From NCBI RefSeq assembly GCF_900105015.1, contig NZ_FNLK01000010.1, positions 1-32,000 on the forward strand: DNA of 32,000 nt, written 5' to 3'. This document shows positions 1 through 8,600 of the stretch, in pieces. How positions within the stretch are numbered: position 1 is the first letter of the stretch; every line of letters starts with the position of its first letter. The notes under the pieces were generated by a model, which was not told the origin of the DNA, did no database searches, and was given only the letters and a program-made list of their open reading frames with translations. Source of the DNA: Schaalia meyeri (GTDB lineage Bacteria; Actinomycetota; Actinomycetes; Actinomycetales; Actinomycetaceae). Made by a program: the position numbers and the translations under genes.

Positions 1-115
1 GACGGCGGTTCGGCGTCTTCCGGTGGGGAGACCGAGGGGACCCAGAACGCACACGATCAGGGACAGCAGCAGGGCGTCTGACGCAAACTAGAGTTAGGGA
101 AAGGACTGTTTGATT

Positions 116-1576
116 ATGGTTTCGTCGCCGATGTATGAGCGTTTGAAGGTTTTCATGGAGGCGGCCCGGGCCAATCGTGGGCTGGATGCCTGGGATACCG
201 ACCACGAGAAGACGATGGAGGGTTTTGAGCAGGCGATTGATCGCTTGAAGGACTATCGCGATGGTCATGGTTTTACGGGTAAGACCGGGGACGCGATGAA
301 CCGGTGGGTGGACCGGTCCATCAGCCGCATCGAGGGCTACCGGGCCAAGTATCAGCGCGGATACAACGCCTATTCCGCGGGCCGCAAATCGATGGAGTCG
401 GCCCTGAAGGAGGCGGAGTTGCTTTCGCCGGATTTGTTGGATGCGAAGACTGCGGCGATGCGTGGTGCTCCGCTTGTTGCGGTTCCTGAGAGTGAGCCGG
501 GGGGTGGCGTGTCACTGTTGGGGATGCGTTTCACGACTGGTGAGGCTTACGCGTCTGCGGTTGAGGAGCAGAACAACGCCCAGCGCGAGGCCGCGGCGGC
601 GCGCGTGCTGCACATGGTGAATGGTAAGACCAAGCTGTTCAGCAGTATCGTGAAGGGCTCTGCTTCCGGCCCGGGAGTAGAGCAAAGCGGCAAGGGATCA
701 CCTGACTCTGGCTCGGACCCGTCAGCTGATACGTGGGGTTATTCTTCTGGGAATGGTTTTGGTCGCCAGGGTGGTCGTAGTTCTTCTTCGGGTGATTATC
801 CGGGTGGGTTTGATCAGCCGTGGTGGAGTGAGGCTGATGCGGCTGCGGCTCGTAATCGGACGGTTGCTTCGGGTGCGTTGCCTACGCGGGAGCCTTCGTA
901 TGGGGATGTGGGGTCGCGGACGAATCCGATTACGGATCCTCAGGATTTGATGGATACGGATTTGTTGCATCGGCGTGTTAATGGTACGGCGTATCGTAAT
1001 GGTGTTGTGGGGGGTCATACGCCGGCTCCTGCGGCGGATGTGGATCATCCGTTGTGGCGCCTTAATGGTGGTGGTGCCTCTGATTCGTCTGTGGCTGGTC
1101 GTTTGGGTGGTGCGGGTGTGCTGGGTGCTGGCGCGCTGGGTATGCGTGGTGCGGCCCGCATGGGCTCGGGTGGTCTGGGCGCCGCTGGCGGGCTCAAGGT
1201 TGGTTCTTATTCTGGGTCTGGGTTTGGTTCCTACACTCCCCCCTCGGCTGGTGCGAATGGTGGCGCGGGCTCGGGTGCGTCTGGTGTGACGGGCGCGGCT
1301 GGTAAGGCCGGCGCTGCTGGCGCTGCTGGTAAAAGCGGTGCTGGTGCTGCTGGTGGTCGTGGTTTCATGGGTGGTGGTGCCGGCGCTGGTGCGGGTGCTG
1401 GTAAGCAGGATCGTAAGGGGCGTAAGCGTAAGTATGTGGCGTTTACGTTTGAGGATGAGGATGAGGGTGGGTTGCCTCGGGGGTATGTGAATCCGTTGTC
1501 GCAGATGTCTGGGAATGACCGGAGTATTACTCCGGCGAAGCGTGTGGATGATGGGTGGGATCCTCGCCAATGGTGA
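116..1576 (+). CDS. Gly/Ala/Ser-rich protein with an N-terminal helical hairpin domain and no signal peptide; possible type VII-style secreted substrate (the product is inference)
   Basis: This is ORF 110-1576. ATG 116 lies 10 nt after AGGGAAAGGA (96-105); TTG 110 is an alternative start. The N-terminal ~110 aa are charged and helical with no hydrophobic leader. The turn motif HGFTGKTGDAMNRW resembles the WXG/LXG hairpin turn pattern [W/L/F]xG..A..W. Residues ~190-440 are Gly/Ser/Ala low complexity. The tail is charged: KQDRKGRKRKYVAFTFEDEDE. Confidence 0.65.
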   Translation: MVSSPMYERLKVFMEAARANRGLDAWDTDHEKTMEGFEQAIDRLKDYRDGHGFTGKTGDAMNRWVDRSISRIEGYRAKYQRGYNAYSAGRKSMESALKEAELLSPDLLDAKTAAMRGAPLVAVPESEPGGGVSLLGMRFTTGEAYASAVEEQNNAQREAAAARVLHMVNGKTKLFSSIVKGSASGPGVEQSGKGSPDSGSDPSADTWGYSSGNGFGRQGGRSSSSGDYPGGFDQPWWSEADAAAARNRTVASGALPTREPSYGDVGSRTNPITDPQDLMDTDLLHRRVNGTAYRNGVVGGHTPAPAADVDHPLWRLNGGGASDSSVAGRLGGAGVLGAGALGMRGAARMGSGGLGAAGGLKVGSYSGSGFGSYTPPSAGANGGAGSGASGVTGAAGKAGAAGAAGKSGAGAAGGRGFMGGGAGAGAGAGKQDRKGRKRKYVAFTFEDEDEGGLPRGYVNPLSQMSGNDRSITPAKRVDDGWDPRQW

Positions 1577-2799
1577 ATCCTATGCATGTTTTCGCGCCCC
1601 ACCCACCCCGCCTGGCTGTGGGGTGGGTGGGGCGTGCTGCGCGCGTCCTTGCTGCTGCTGTCTGCGTCGTGACTATGGCCCTGGGTGTGCTTGTGTTGGT
1701 GCCTGCGTCGGCCCTTGCGGATGATGTGATTACGACGCAGGAGTATTTCTCTTATTATCATTTGGATACTGCTCGTGCGAAGGGGTATACGGGTAAGGGC
1801 GTGACCATCGCCCTCATCGACGGCCCCGTAGACACCAGCGCGCCTGAGCTCAAGGGCGCCAACATCACTGATAAGAGCCGATGCACCATCGAAGCATCCA
1901 AAAAGGGGAGGGGCCATGGCACGGATATGGCGTCGATTCTCGTCTCCCCGTATTTCGGGGTAGCGCCCGACGCGGCCCTCTACTCCTATCAGCTGTCTAA
2001 TGCCAATTCGATCTCGGCAGGTACGTGTCAGAAGGACGGGGAGAAGCTCGATACTTTCGGTAAATTGATCAATCAGGCTATTGATGACGGCGCCCAGATC
2101 ATTTCCATTTCGCAAGGCGGTGATGACAACACTCTTGAGTTGAAGTGGGCGATTGCTCGGGCGATGAGCCGGGGGGTCATTATTGTCAACTCCGCGGGCA
2201 ATACGGGGGCCGATGCTAACGAAGATCAGCTTAGCGGTAGGTCTGGTGTGGTGGGGGTGTCCGCGATCACCAGCGACGGCAAGTTCGCCAACTACTCCTC
2301 TTGGGGCAACGGGGTGACCACCGCCGCTTTTGGCGGACCTGTCACGACACGTGATGATACAGACGCCACCAAGCTGGCGGTGTCTAATGGTTCGTCGAAT
2401 TCGGCGGCGATCGTGTCGGGGTTGTTGGCGTTGGCTCGTCAGAAGTGGCCGGACGCTACGGCGAATCAGACCCTGCAAGTCCTGACCCGCACCGGGCTGA
2501 ACCCAAACCACCAGTGGGATAAGTACACAGGGTACGGGGCCGCTAACATTGGTCCGTTGGTGAACACGGACCCCTCCCAGTACCCAGACGAAAACCCCCT
2601 GGCACAAAAGGAAGGCGGATCCAAACCTACGGTGGAAGAAGTTCAGGACTACGCCGACGGACTTGCTGATCCCAGGTACGTTGGTTCCCCCGACTCTTAC
2701 GTGTATCGGGGAACCGACGAAACGCTCCTGAATCTCGTCGACCCCAATAGCTCGGCCCCCATCCACCTGGGTACCAGTCCCAAGTATCACCGAAAATGA
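1570..2799 (+). CDS. secreted subtilisin-like (S8 family) serine peptidase, paralog A
   Basis: This is ORF 1555-2799. The N-terminal hydrophobic segment VLAAAVCVVTMALGVLVLVPASALADD looks like a signal peptide or anchor. Catalytic motifs are present: IALIDGPVD (Asp), GRGHGTDMASIL (His), NSAGNTG (oxyanion Asn) and NGSSNSAAIVSG (Ser). The start is uncertain: GTG 1555, ATG 1570 (ATGGTGA overlap with the upstream stop at 1574-1576) or ATG 1582. There is no C-terminal TM segment. Confidence 0.85.
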   Translation: MVNPMHVFAPHPPRLAVGWVGRAARVLAAAVCVVTMALGVLVLVPASALADDVITTQEYFSYYHLDTARAKGYTGKGVTIALIDGPVDTSAPELKGANITDKSRCTIEASKKGRGHGTDMASILVSPYFGVAPDAALYSYQLSNANSISAGTCQKDGEKLDTFGKLINQAIDDGAQIISISQGGDDNTLELKWAIARAMSRGVIIVNSAGNTGADANEDQLSGRSGVVGVSAITSDGKFANYSSWGNGVTTAAFGGPVTTRDDTDATKLAVSNGSSNSAAIVSGLLALARQKWPDATANQTLQVLTRTGLNPNHQWDKYTGYGAANIGPLVNTDPSQYPDENPLAQKEGGSKPTVEEVQDYADGLADPRYVGSPDSYVYRGTDETLLNLVDPNSSAPIHLGTSPKYHRK

Positions 2800-4052
2800 T
2801 CACGATGGATCGCGCGCGACACCCTGATCCTGTTTCTGCGGCGCCTTGCACGCCCCGCTCACACCGTCTGGTTTCGGGGTGGGTGGGGCGCCCCGCGCGC
2901 GCCCTTGCCGCGGCCGCTTCCGTCCTGGCGCTGACTGTTGGTGCTCTTGTGTTGGTGCCTGCGTCGGCGCGGGCGGATGATGTGATTACGACGCAGGAGT
3001 ACTTCTCTTATTATCATTTGGATACTGCTCGGGCTAAGGGGTATACGGGTAAGGGCGTGACCATCGCCCTCATCGACGGCCCGGTCGAGCTGAGCGATCC
3101 CGAGCTCAAGGGAGCCAACATCACCGACAAAAGCCGATGCACGATCAACGCAACGATCGCGAGCCGTTACCATGGTAGTGAAATGGCAGCCATCCTCGCG
3201 TCCCAGGCGTATGGCGTCGCCCCGGAAGCAACGATCCTGTCCTACCAAAAGCCTACATCCGACGACACGCCCTCAGAATCGTGCAAGGAGGGTGGCAAGA
3301 AGTTGCACAGTGACGCGAGTTTGATCAACAGTGCTATCGATGACGGTGCGCAGATCATTTCTGCATCTTTTAGTACCAATGACACCAGTGATGACCTCAA
3401 GTGGGCGATTGCTCGGGCGATGAGCCGGGGGGTCATTATTGTCAACTCCGCGGGCAATACCGGAACGGACAACAATCATAGTCAGTTGAGTCAGTGGTCT
3501 GGTGTGGTGGGGGTGTCCGCTATCACCAGTGATGGGAAGTTCGCCAAATACTCCTCGTGGGGTAACGGGGTGACCACCGCGGCCGTCGGCGGGCCACTCA
3601 AGGTGCGAGACTTCGATACTGGCAAAACAGCAGTCACCAATGGTTCGTCGAACTCGGCGGCGATCGTTTCCGGGATGTTGGCTCTGGCTCGTCAGAAGTG
3701 GCCCGACGCCACGGCGAACCAGACCCTGCAAGTCCTAACCCACACCGGGCTGAACCCAAACCACGAGTGGAACAAGTACACGGGGTACGGGGCCGCTAAC
3801 ATTGGTCCGTTGGTGAATACGGACCCCTCCCAGTACCCAGACGAAAACCCCCTGGCCCAAAAGGAAGGCGGATCCAAACCCACCGCGAGCGAGGTACAAG
3901 ACTACGCCGACGGACTGGCTGATCCCAGACGTACCACTTCTGATAGCTCCTACGCTTATCGCGGCACGGACGATTCAATCTTCGCCTACATCAACCCCGG
4001 TGACGAGAGGCCCATCCACCTGGGCACCAGCCCCAGATACCACCGCAAGTGA
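2796..4052 (+). CDS. secreted subtilisin-like (S8 family) serine peptidase, paralog B
   Basis: ATG 2796 overlaps the stop of paralog A (ATGA, 2796-2799). The signal-like segment is ALAAAASVLALTVGALVLVPASARADD. Motifs are IALIDGPVE (Asp), SRYHGSEMAAIL (His), NSAGNTG and NGSSNSAAIVSG (Ser). Long stretches are nucleotide-identical to paralog A. Confidence 0.88.
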   Translation: MITMDRARHPDPVSAAPCTPRSHRLVSGWVGRPARALAAAASVLALTVGALVLVPASARADDVITTQEYFSYYHLDTARAKGYTGKGVTIALIDGPVELSDPELKGANITDKSRCTINATIASRYHGSEMAAILASQAYGVAPEATILSYQKPTSDDTPSESCKEGGKKLHSDASLINSAIDDGAQIISASFSTNDTSDDLKWAIARAMSRGVIIVNSAGNTGTDNNHSQLSQWSGVVGVSAITSDGKFAKYSSWGNGVTTAAVGGPLKVRDFDTGKTAVTNGSSNSAAIVSGMLALARQKWPDATANQTLQVLTHTGLNPNHEWNKYTGYGAANIGPLVNTDPSQYPDENPLAQKEGGSKPTASEVQDYADGLADPRRTTSDSSYAYRGTDDSIFAYINPGDERPIHLGTSPRYHRK

Positions 4053-4077
4053 CCACGACCGTGACTCGCGCGCGACC

Positions 4078-5202
4078 TCACACGCCCGCGGCGGCCTCTG
4101 GGTAAGCGTCAAGGCAACCCGTGTCCGGGCTATCCAGATCGCCACAGTTGACTGGGTTGGTGTCGGCACTCAAGTCAGCTTGCGCAGCTCCTGTCACTGT
4201 CGGTGAATAGTCGATGGGGGTAAGAGCCGCGAGTTTCCGGTCTGCTTGCCGGCAGTAGCCCTCAATGAGTCGCTGGATGGCGCGCAGCGTTGAATTGACG
4301 AGGTGGTTGCGTGGAACCTCCACGTGCAGATCACCGAAGAAGAGGGGACGGCGGCGCTCGATCCGCTCACTAAATCCCTTGAGATCAGCCACCATGTGGC
4401 TCAGCGCCTTGTGCGAATCGGCAAACTCGAGATGGCACAGGAGGGCAGCTGCGAAGTTGTTGACGACCAAGCGGTCGAGGGCGTCGTTGAGAGCCTTCTT
4501 TTTGCCGGAGTTGCGTCTGGGGCTGACGCCGCACATGCGTAAGGCAGCCAGAGTAACCTCTTTGTCGTAGCGCTTTCCGTTGGACTGGCGGCGTCCTTCG
4601 GAGGGGCGCGAGACATCGGCGAGTAGGCAATTGCCGTGAGACACGGCGTTGCGGAGCTTGCGCACGATGAACAATAGATGTGCGTACGGAGCTTGCATGT
4701 CATGGTAGTCGAAGTATGACGAGTAGAGTCGGATGTGTTCGTTGAGAGGAAGCAACTCCCAGAGATGCCAGATGGAGGGGGCATTGTTGCACGCTTCCCA
4801 CATATCCTCCGTGTATGGATTGCAGCGTATCAAGGAGGTATCGCCGTGGAGGATTCGGCGCACAAGAGTCTCCGATAGATCGGGTTTGGGATCGTTCATG
4901 ATGAGCTGGTTGAGCCGCACCTTGAGGAAATGCTCGGTGCTGAGAGCGAGCGAGAGGCAGATTCGGCTCAGCGCAAAATCCATATAAGAAAGCTCAACGA
5001 GGTGACCGAAGTCGAGACCCGAATAGGTATAGGTCGCTCCTATCTCTATCCTTTTGTAGTTTCGTTCGTAGGACTTGATCTTGAAAAAATATGAGCGCGA
5101 GCGAAGAAACTCTCGGGCCGAGTCTTCATCCATTAGCTCGAATGTGATTCCGTGTGACTTCAGTAAAGCAATCTGCTCATCGATGGTGATGCTCCGCCTC
5201 AT
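4078..5202 (-). CDS. Abi family protein (AbiD/AbiF-like, Abi_2 domain), abortive-infection type
   Basis: The start is ATG 5202-5200, preceded by ACGAGG and 5 nt. The sequence MRRSITIDEQIALLKSHGITFELMDEDSAREFLRSRSYFFKIKSYERNY...LLFIVRKLRNAVSHGNCLL is typical of the Abi_2 family. The upstream 152 codons of ORF 4078-5658 are GC-rich read-through with no homology signal. The gene body is visibly AT-richer than its neighbours. Confidence 0.8.
   Translation of the reverse strand: MRRSITIDEQIALLKSHGITFELMDEDSAREFLRSRSYFFKIKSYERNYKRIEIGATYTYSGLDFGHLVELSYMDFALSRICLSLALSTEHFLKVRLNQLIMNDPKPDLSETLVRRILHGDTSLIRCNPYTEDMWEACNNAPSIWHLWELLPLNEHIRLYSSYFDYHDMQAPYAHLLFIVRKLRNAVSHGNCLLADVSRPSEGRRQSNGKRYDKEVTLAALRMCGVSPRRNSGKKKALNDALDRLVVNNFAAALLCHLEFADSHKALSHMVADLKGFSERIERRRPLFFGDLHVEVPRNHLVNSTLRAIQRLIEGYCRQADRKLAALTPIDYSPTVTGAAQADLSADTNPVNCGDLDSPDTGCLDAYPEAAAGV
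4084..4135. repeat. direct repeat copy 1 flanking the Abi cassette (overlaps the last codons of the Abi ORF)
   Basis: GCCCGCGGCGGCCTCTGGGTAAGCGTCAAGGCAACCCGTGTCCGGGCTATCC aligns by eye with 5342-5393 at about 44 of 52 positions, with one indel. Confidence 0.8.
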
Positions 5203-5302
5203 GCGGACCTCGTTGTTCCAAAAATTATGAGGGGGCCGAATCTGCGATCCGACCCCCCGATACCCTGGAGCCGAACCCCCGAGCATCTGACGTAGTGCCC
5301 CC

Positions 5303-5331
5303 AGTCTATAGTTGCTCGTGCTCGCAGTCAA
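5303..5331 (-). promoter_or_regulatory. candidate sigma-70-type promoter of the Abi gene
   Basis: On the minus strand: TTGACT (5331-5326), a 17-nt spacer, then TAGACT (5308-5303). This implies a 5' UTR of about 95 nt before ATG 5202. Confidence 0.45.
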
Positions 5332-5341
5332 ACACCTCCTA

Positions 5342-5393
5342 GCCCGCGTCGGCCTCTGGGTGAGCCTCAAGGCAACCGGGGGCCGGGCGATCC
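5342..5393. repeat. direct repeat copy 2 flanking the Abi cassette
   Basis: GCCCGCGTCGGCCTCTGGGTGAGCCTCAAGGCAACCGGGGGCCGGGCGATCC has the same orientation as 4084-4135 and lies 1258 bp from it. Confidence 0.8.
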
Positions 5394-5574
5394 GGGCCAT
5401 TCCGGCGCTGATGGCCGGATTGTTTCCGCGGGGTCGATTTTTGCAACGCTTCATATGTTGTAATTCCGAGCCAGTGTAGGGTGGAACACAGGGCTTTGCG
5501 CTCCATGTAAAAGACGCATATTCGCACGTTAGAGCCGATTGAGGTGGCCAATGATGTGCGGATACGCCGGAGCT

Positions 5575-5603
5575 TTGACGCGTCACGATCCGGGTCCTAT
5601 GTT
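5575..5603 (+). promoter_or_regulatory. candidate promoter of the activase-fusion gene
   Basis: TTGACG (5575-5580), a 17-nt spacer, TATGTT (5598-5603), then the SD GCAGGAGG (5615-5622) and ATG 5628. The -35 sits inside the perfect 10-bp palindrome TGACGCGTCA (5576-5585). Confidence 0.5.
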
Positions 5604-5627
5604 GTGGGGTGATCGCAGGAGGTCTCC

Positions 5628-8600
5628 ATGACAACGCAGCGCCCCCAGGACGCTCCACGTCCCTACCAGCTCGGTATCGACGTCGGTTCCACGACGGTCA
5701 AGGCCGTCGTCCTGGACGGAAACCGCCGACTCTTCTCGGACTACAGGCGGCACAACGCTGACGTGCGCGCTTCCCTGGGGGCGCTCCTCGCCGACGTCGA
5801 GCGCGCGCTGCCCGATGCCCGCGTGCACGCGGCGATCACCGGTTCCGGTGGCCTGACGACCGCGCGCGCCATGGGCATCCCCTTCGTGCAGGAAGTCATC
5901 GCGGGCACGGAGGCCACGCAGCGCCTGCACCCCGAGGTCGACGTCGTCATCGAGCTGGGCGGCGAAGACGCCAAGCTCACCTACCTGCACCCCACGCCCG
6001 AGCAGCGCATGAACGGCACCTGCGCGGGCGGCACCGGCGCCTTCATCGACCAGATGGCAACCCTGCTGCACACCGACGCCGCCGGATTGGGCGAGCTGGC
6101 GACGCGCCACACGCAGCTCTATCCGATCGCGTCGCGCTGCGGCGTGTTCGCCAAGTCGGACATCCAGCCCCTCATCAACCAGGGGGCCGCCCACGAGGAC
6201 CTGGCCGCCTCCATCTTTAACGCGGTCGCCACGCAGACGATCGCAGGCCTGGCGTGCGGGCGCCCGATCCGCGGGACGGTCATGTTCCTGGGAGGGCCCC
6301 TGCACTTCCTGCCAGCCCTGCGCGAGGCCTACAAAACACTGCTGCCCAAAGCAGACGCCTTCGTCACCCCCGACGACGCCCAGCTCTACGTCGCGATCGG
6401 CGCGGCCCTGCTGGCCGAGAAGGAAGCGGCTAAGAAACGGCGCCAGGCCGACGAAGCCAGGGCCGCCTCCCTGGACTCGCACGGCGACAGGCTCACCTCC
6501 CTGATGGACCGCCTGGCCGCCGCCCCCGTACAGGTCGAGTCACCGCGCATGGACCCCCTCTTCGCCTCCCCCAAGGACCGTGAGGAGTTCATGGAGCGTC
6601 ACGGCCGCGACGTCATTCCAAAGGCGAGCCCAGAGGCGGCCCAGGGGCGCTGCTGGCTGGGCATCGACGCGGGATCCACGACGATCAAGGCCGTCGTCAT
6701 AGACTCCGAGGACCGGATCGTCTTTACCCACTACGCCTCCAACGAGGGCGACCCCGTGGCCGCCGCCGTCGACATCGTGCGCGCGGTGCGCGGCGCGCTG
6801 CCGCAGGGGTGCGAAATCGGGCGCTCGTGCTCCACCGGATACGGCGAGGGCCTGGTGAAATCCGCCCTCACGATGGACGAAGGCGAGATCGAAACCATGG
6901 CCCACTACCGGGCCGCCGAGTTCATCTGCCCGGGCGTCACCTCCGTCATCGACATCGGCGGCCAGGACATGAAGTACCTGCGCATCCGCGACCACGCCGT
7001 GGACTCCATCTCCGTCAACGAGGCCTGTTCCTCCGGATGCGGGTCCTTCCTGCAAACCTTCGCGCAGACGATGGGTACGGACGTGCACTCGTTTGCCCGC
7101 ATGGCGATGGAGTCGAGCTCGCCGGTGGACCTGGGAACCCGCTGCACGGTGTTCATGAACTCCTCCGTCAAGCAGGCCCAGAAGGAAGGCGCGGACGTGC
7201 GCGACATCAGCGCAGGCCTGTCCTACTCGGTGGTGCGCAACGCCCTGTATAAAGTCATCAAGCTCAAGGATCCTTCCGACCTGGGCGAAAGGATCGTGGT
7301 CCAGGGCGGCACCTTCCTCAACGACTCCGTGCTGCGCGCCTTCGAGCTCCTGACGGGACGGCGCGTGGTTCGCCCCGACATCGCAGGCCTCATGGGAGCC
7401 TATGGCGCGGCCCTCACCGCGCGCATGCATGACAGCGGGGAGGGCACCTCGTCCCTGGCCACGGTCGAATCCCTGGAAGACTTTAGCGTAGAGACCACGC
7501 GCAAGACGTGTCGCCTGTGCCAGAACCACTGCCAGATGACCATCTCGACGTTCTCCAACGGCGAGCGCCACGTGTCGGGTAACCGCTGCGAACGCGGCGC
7601 CTCATTAGAGCGCGTCCCAAAGAAGTCGAACCTGCCCAACCTCTACGACTGGAAGTACAAGCGTATCTTTGGATACCGGCGCCTCACAGAGAAAAAGGCA
7701 TTCCGGGGGGACATCGGCGTGCCGCGCGTGCTCGGCATGTACGAAAACTACCCGTTCTGGTTCACGATGCTCTCTGCCCTGGGATTCCGCGTCATGATCT
7801 CCGGCCGCTCCAACCACGACCTGTTTGAAACGGGGATGGAGTCGATTCCCTCGGAGAACGTGTGCTACCCCGCCAAGCTGGTTCACGGGCACATCGAATC
7901 CCTGCTGGACAAGGGCCTCACCACGATCTTTTACCCGTGCGTGGACTTTGAACAAAAGCTGACGGAGGGCGACAACTCCTTTAACTGCCCCATCGTGGCC
8001 ACCTACCCGGAGGTTATTCGCAACAACATGGAGCGGCTGGCCGAACCGGGTGTGCGCTTCATCAGCCCGTTCATCAACTTTGGCAACCGCGATTACCTGC
8101 CCGCCCACCTGTCCAAAACCTTCAAGGAATACGGCTACGACATCCCCGTCGACGAAATGAAGGCCGCCTTGGACAAGGCGTGGGAGGAGGACGCCGCCGT
8201 CAAGGCGGAAATCCGCGCGAAGGGCGCCGAGACGATCGCGTGGATGCGCGAGAACGGCGTGCGAGGCATCGTCCTGGCCGGACGCCCCTATCACCTGGAC
8301 CCCGAGATCAACCACGGCATCCCCGAGGTCATCATCGGGCTGGGAATGGCGGTGCTCACGGAGGACAGCATCGTCGACGCGCGCCTCGAACGACCCCTGC
8401 GCGTGCTCGACCAGTGGACCTACCACTCGCGCCTCTACGAGGCCGCCGCCCGCGTCGGCGACGAAGCGGACCTGGCGATGGTCCAGCTGAACTCGTTTGG
8501 CTGCGGCGTCGACGCCATCACTGCCGACCAGGTTCAGGAAATCCTCGAAGGGCGCGGCGACGTGCACACCGTCCTCAAGATCGACGAGGTCTCTAACCTG

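Noticed and set aside
1-81. An open frame running from the window edge to TGA 79-81 (…DGGSASSGGETEGTQNAHDQGQQQGV*). It could be the 3' end of an upstream gene.
   Set aside because: Only 26 codons are visible, low-complexity, with no recognisable motif. It cannot be supported as a feature from this window alone.
1080-1400. Repetitive ggt/gct/gcg-rich DNA that looks like a tandem repeat or VNTR.
   Set aside because: There is no exact repeating unit. It is simply the coding sequence of a Gly/Ala low-complexity protein segment.
1570-4052. Calling the two S8 peptidases bona fide mycosins (MycP).
   Set aside because: Mycosins have a C-terminal transmembrane anchor and sit inside ESX loci. These proteins end without any hydrophobic segment, and no Ecc genes are visible in the window. 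The mycosin analogy is kept only as a hypothesis.
5203-5658. The N-terminal 152 codons of ORF 4078-5658, which would give a 526-aa Abi protein overlapping the activase start.
   Set aside because: Abi_2 homology starts at MRRSITIDEQ (ATG 5202), which has an SD. The extension is compositionally different, runs through the flanking repeat and a promoter-like sequence, and would overlap the divergent gene's promoter and start.
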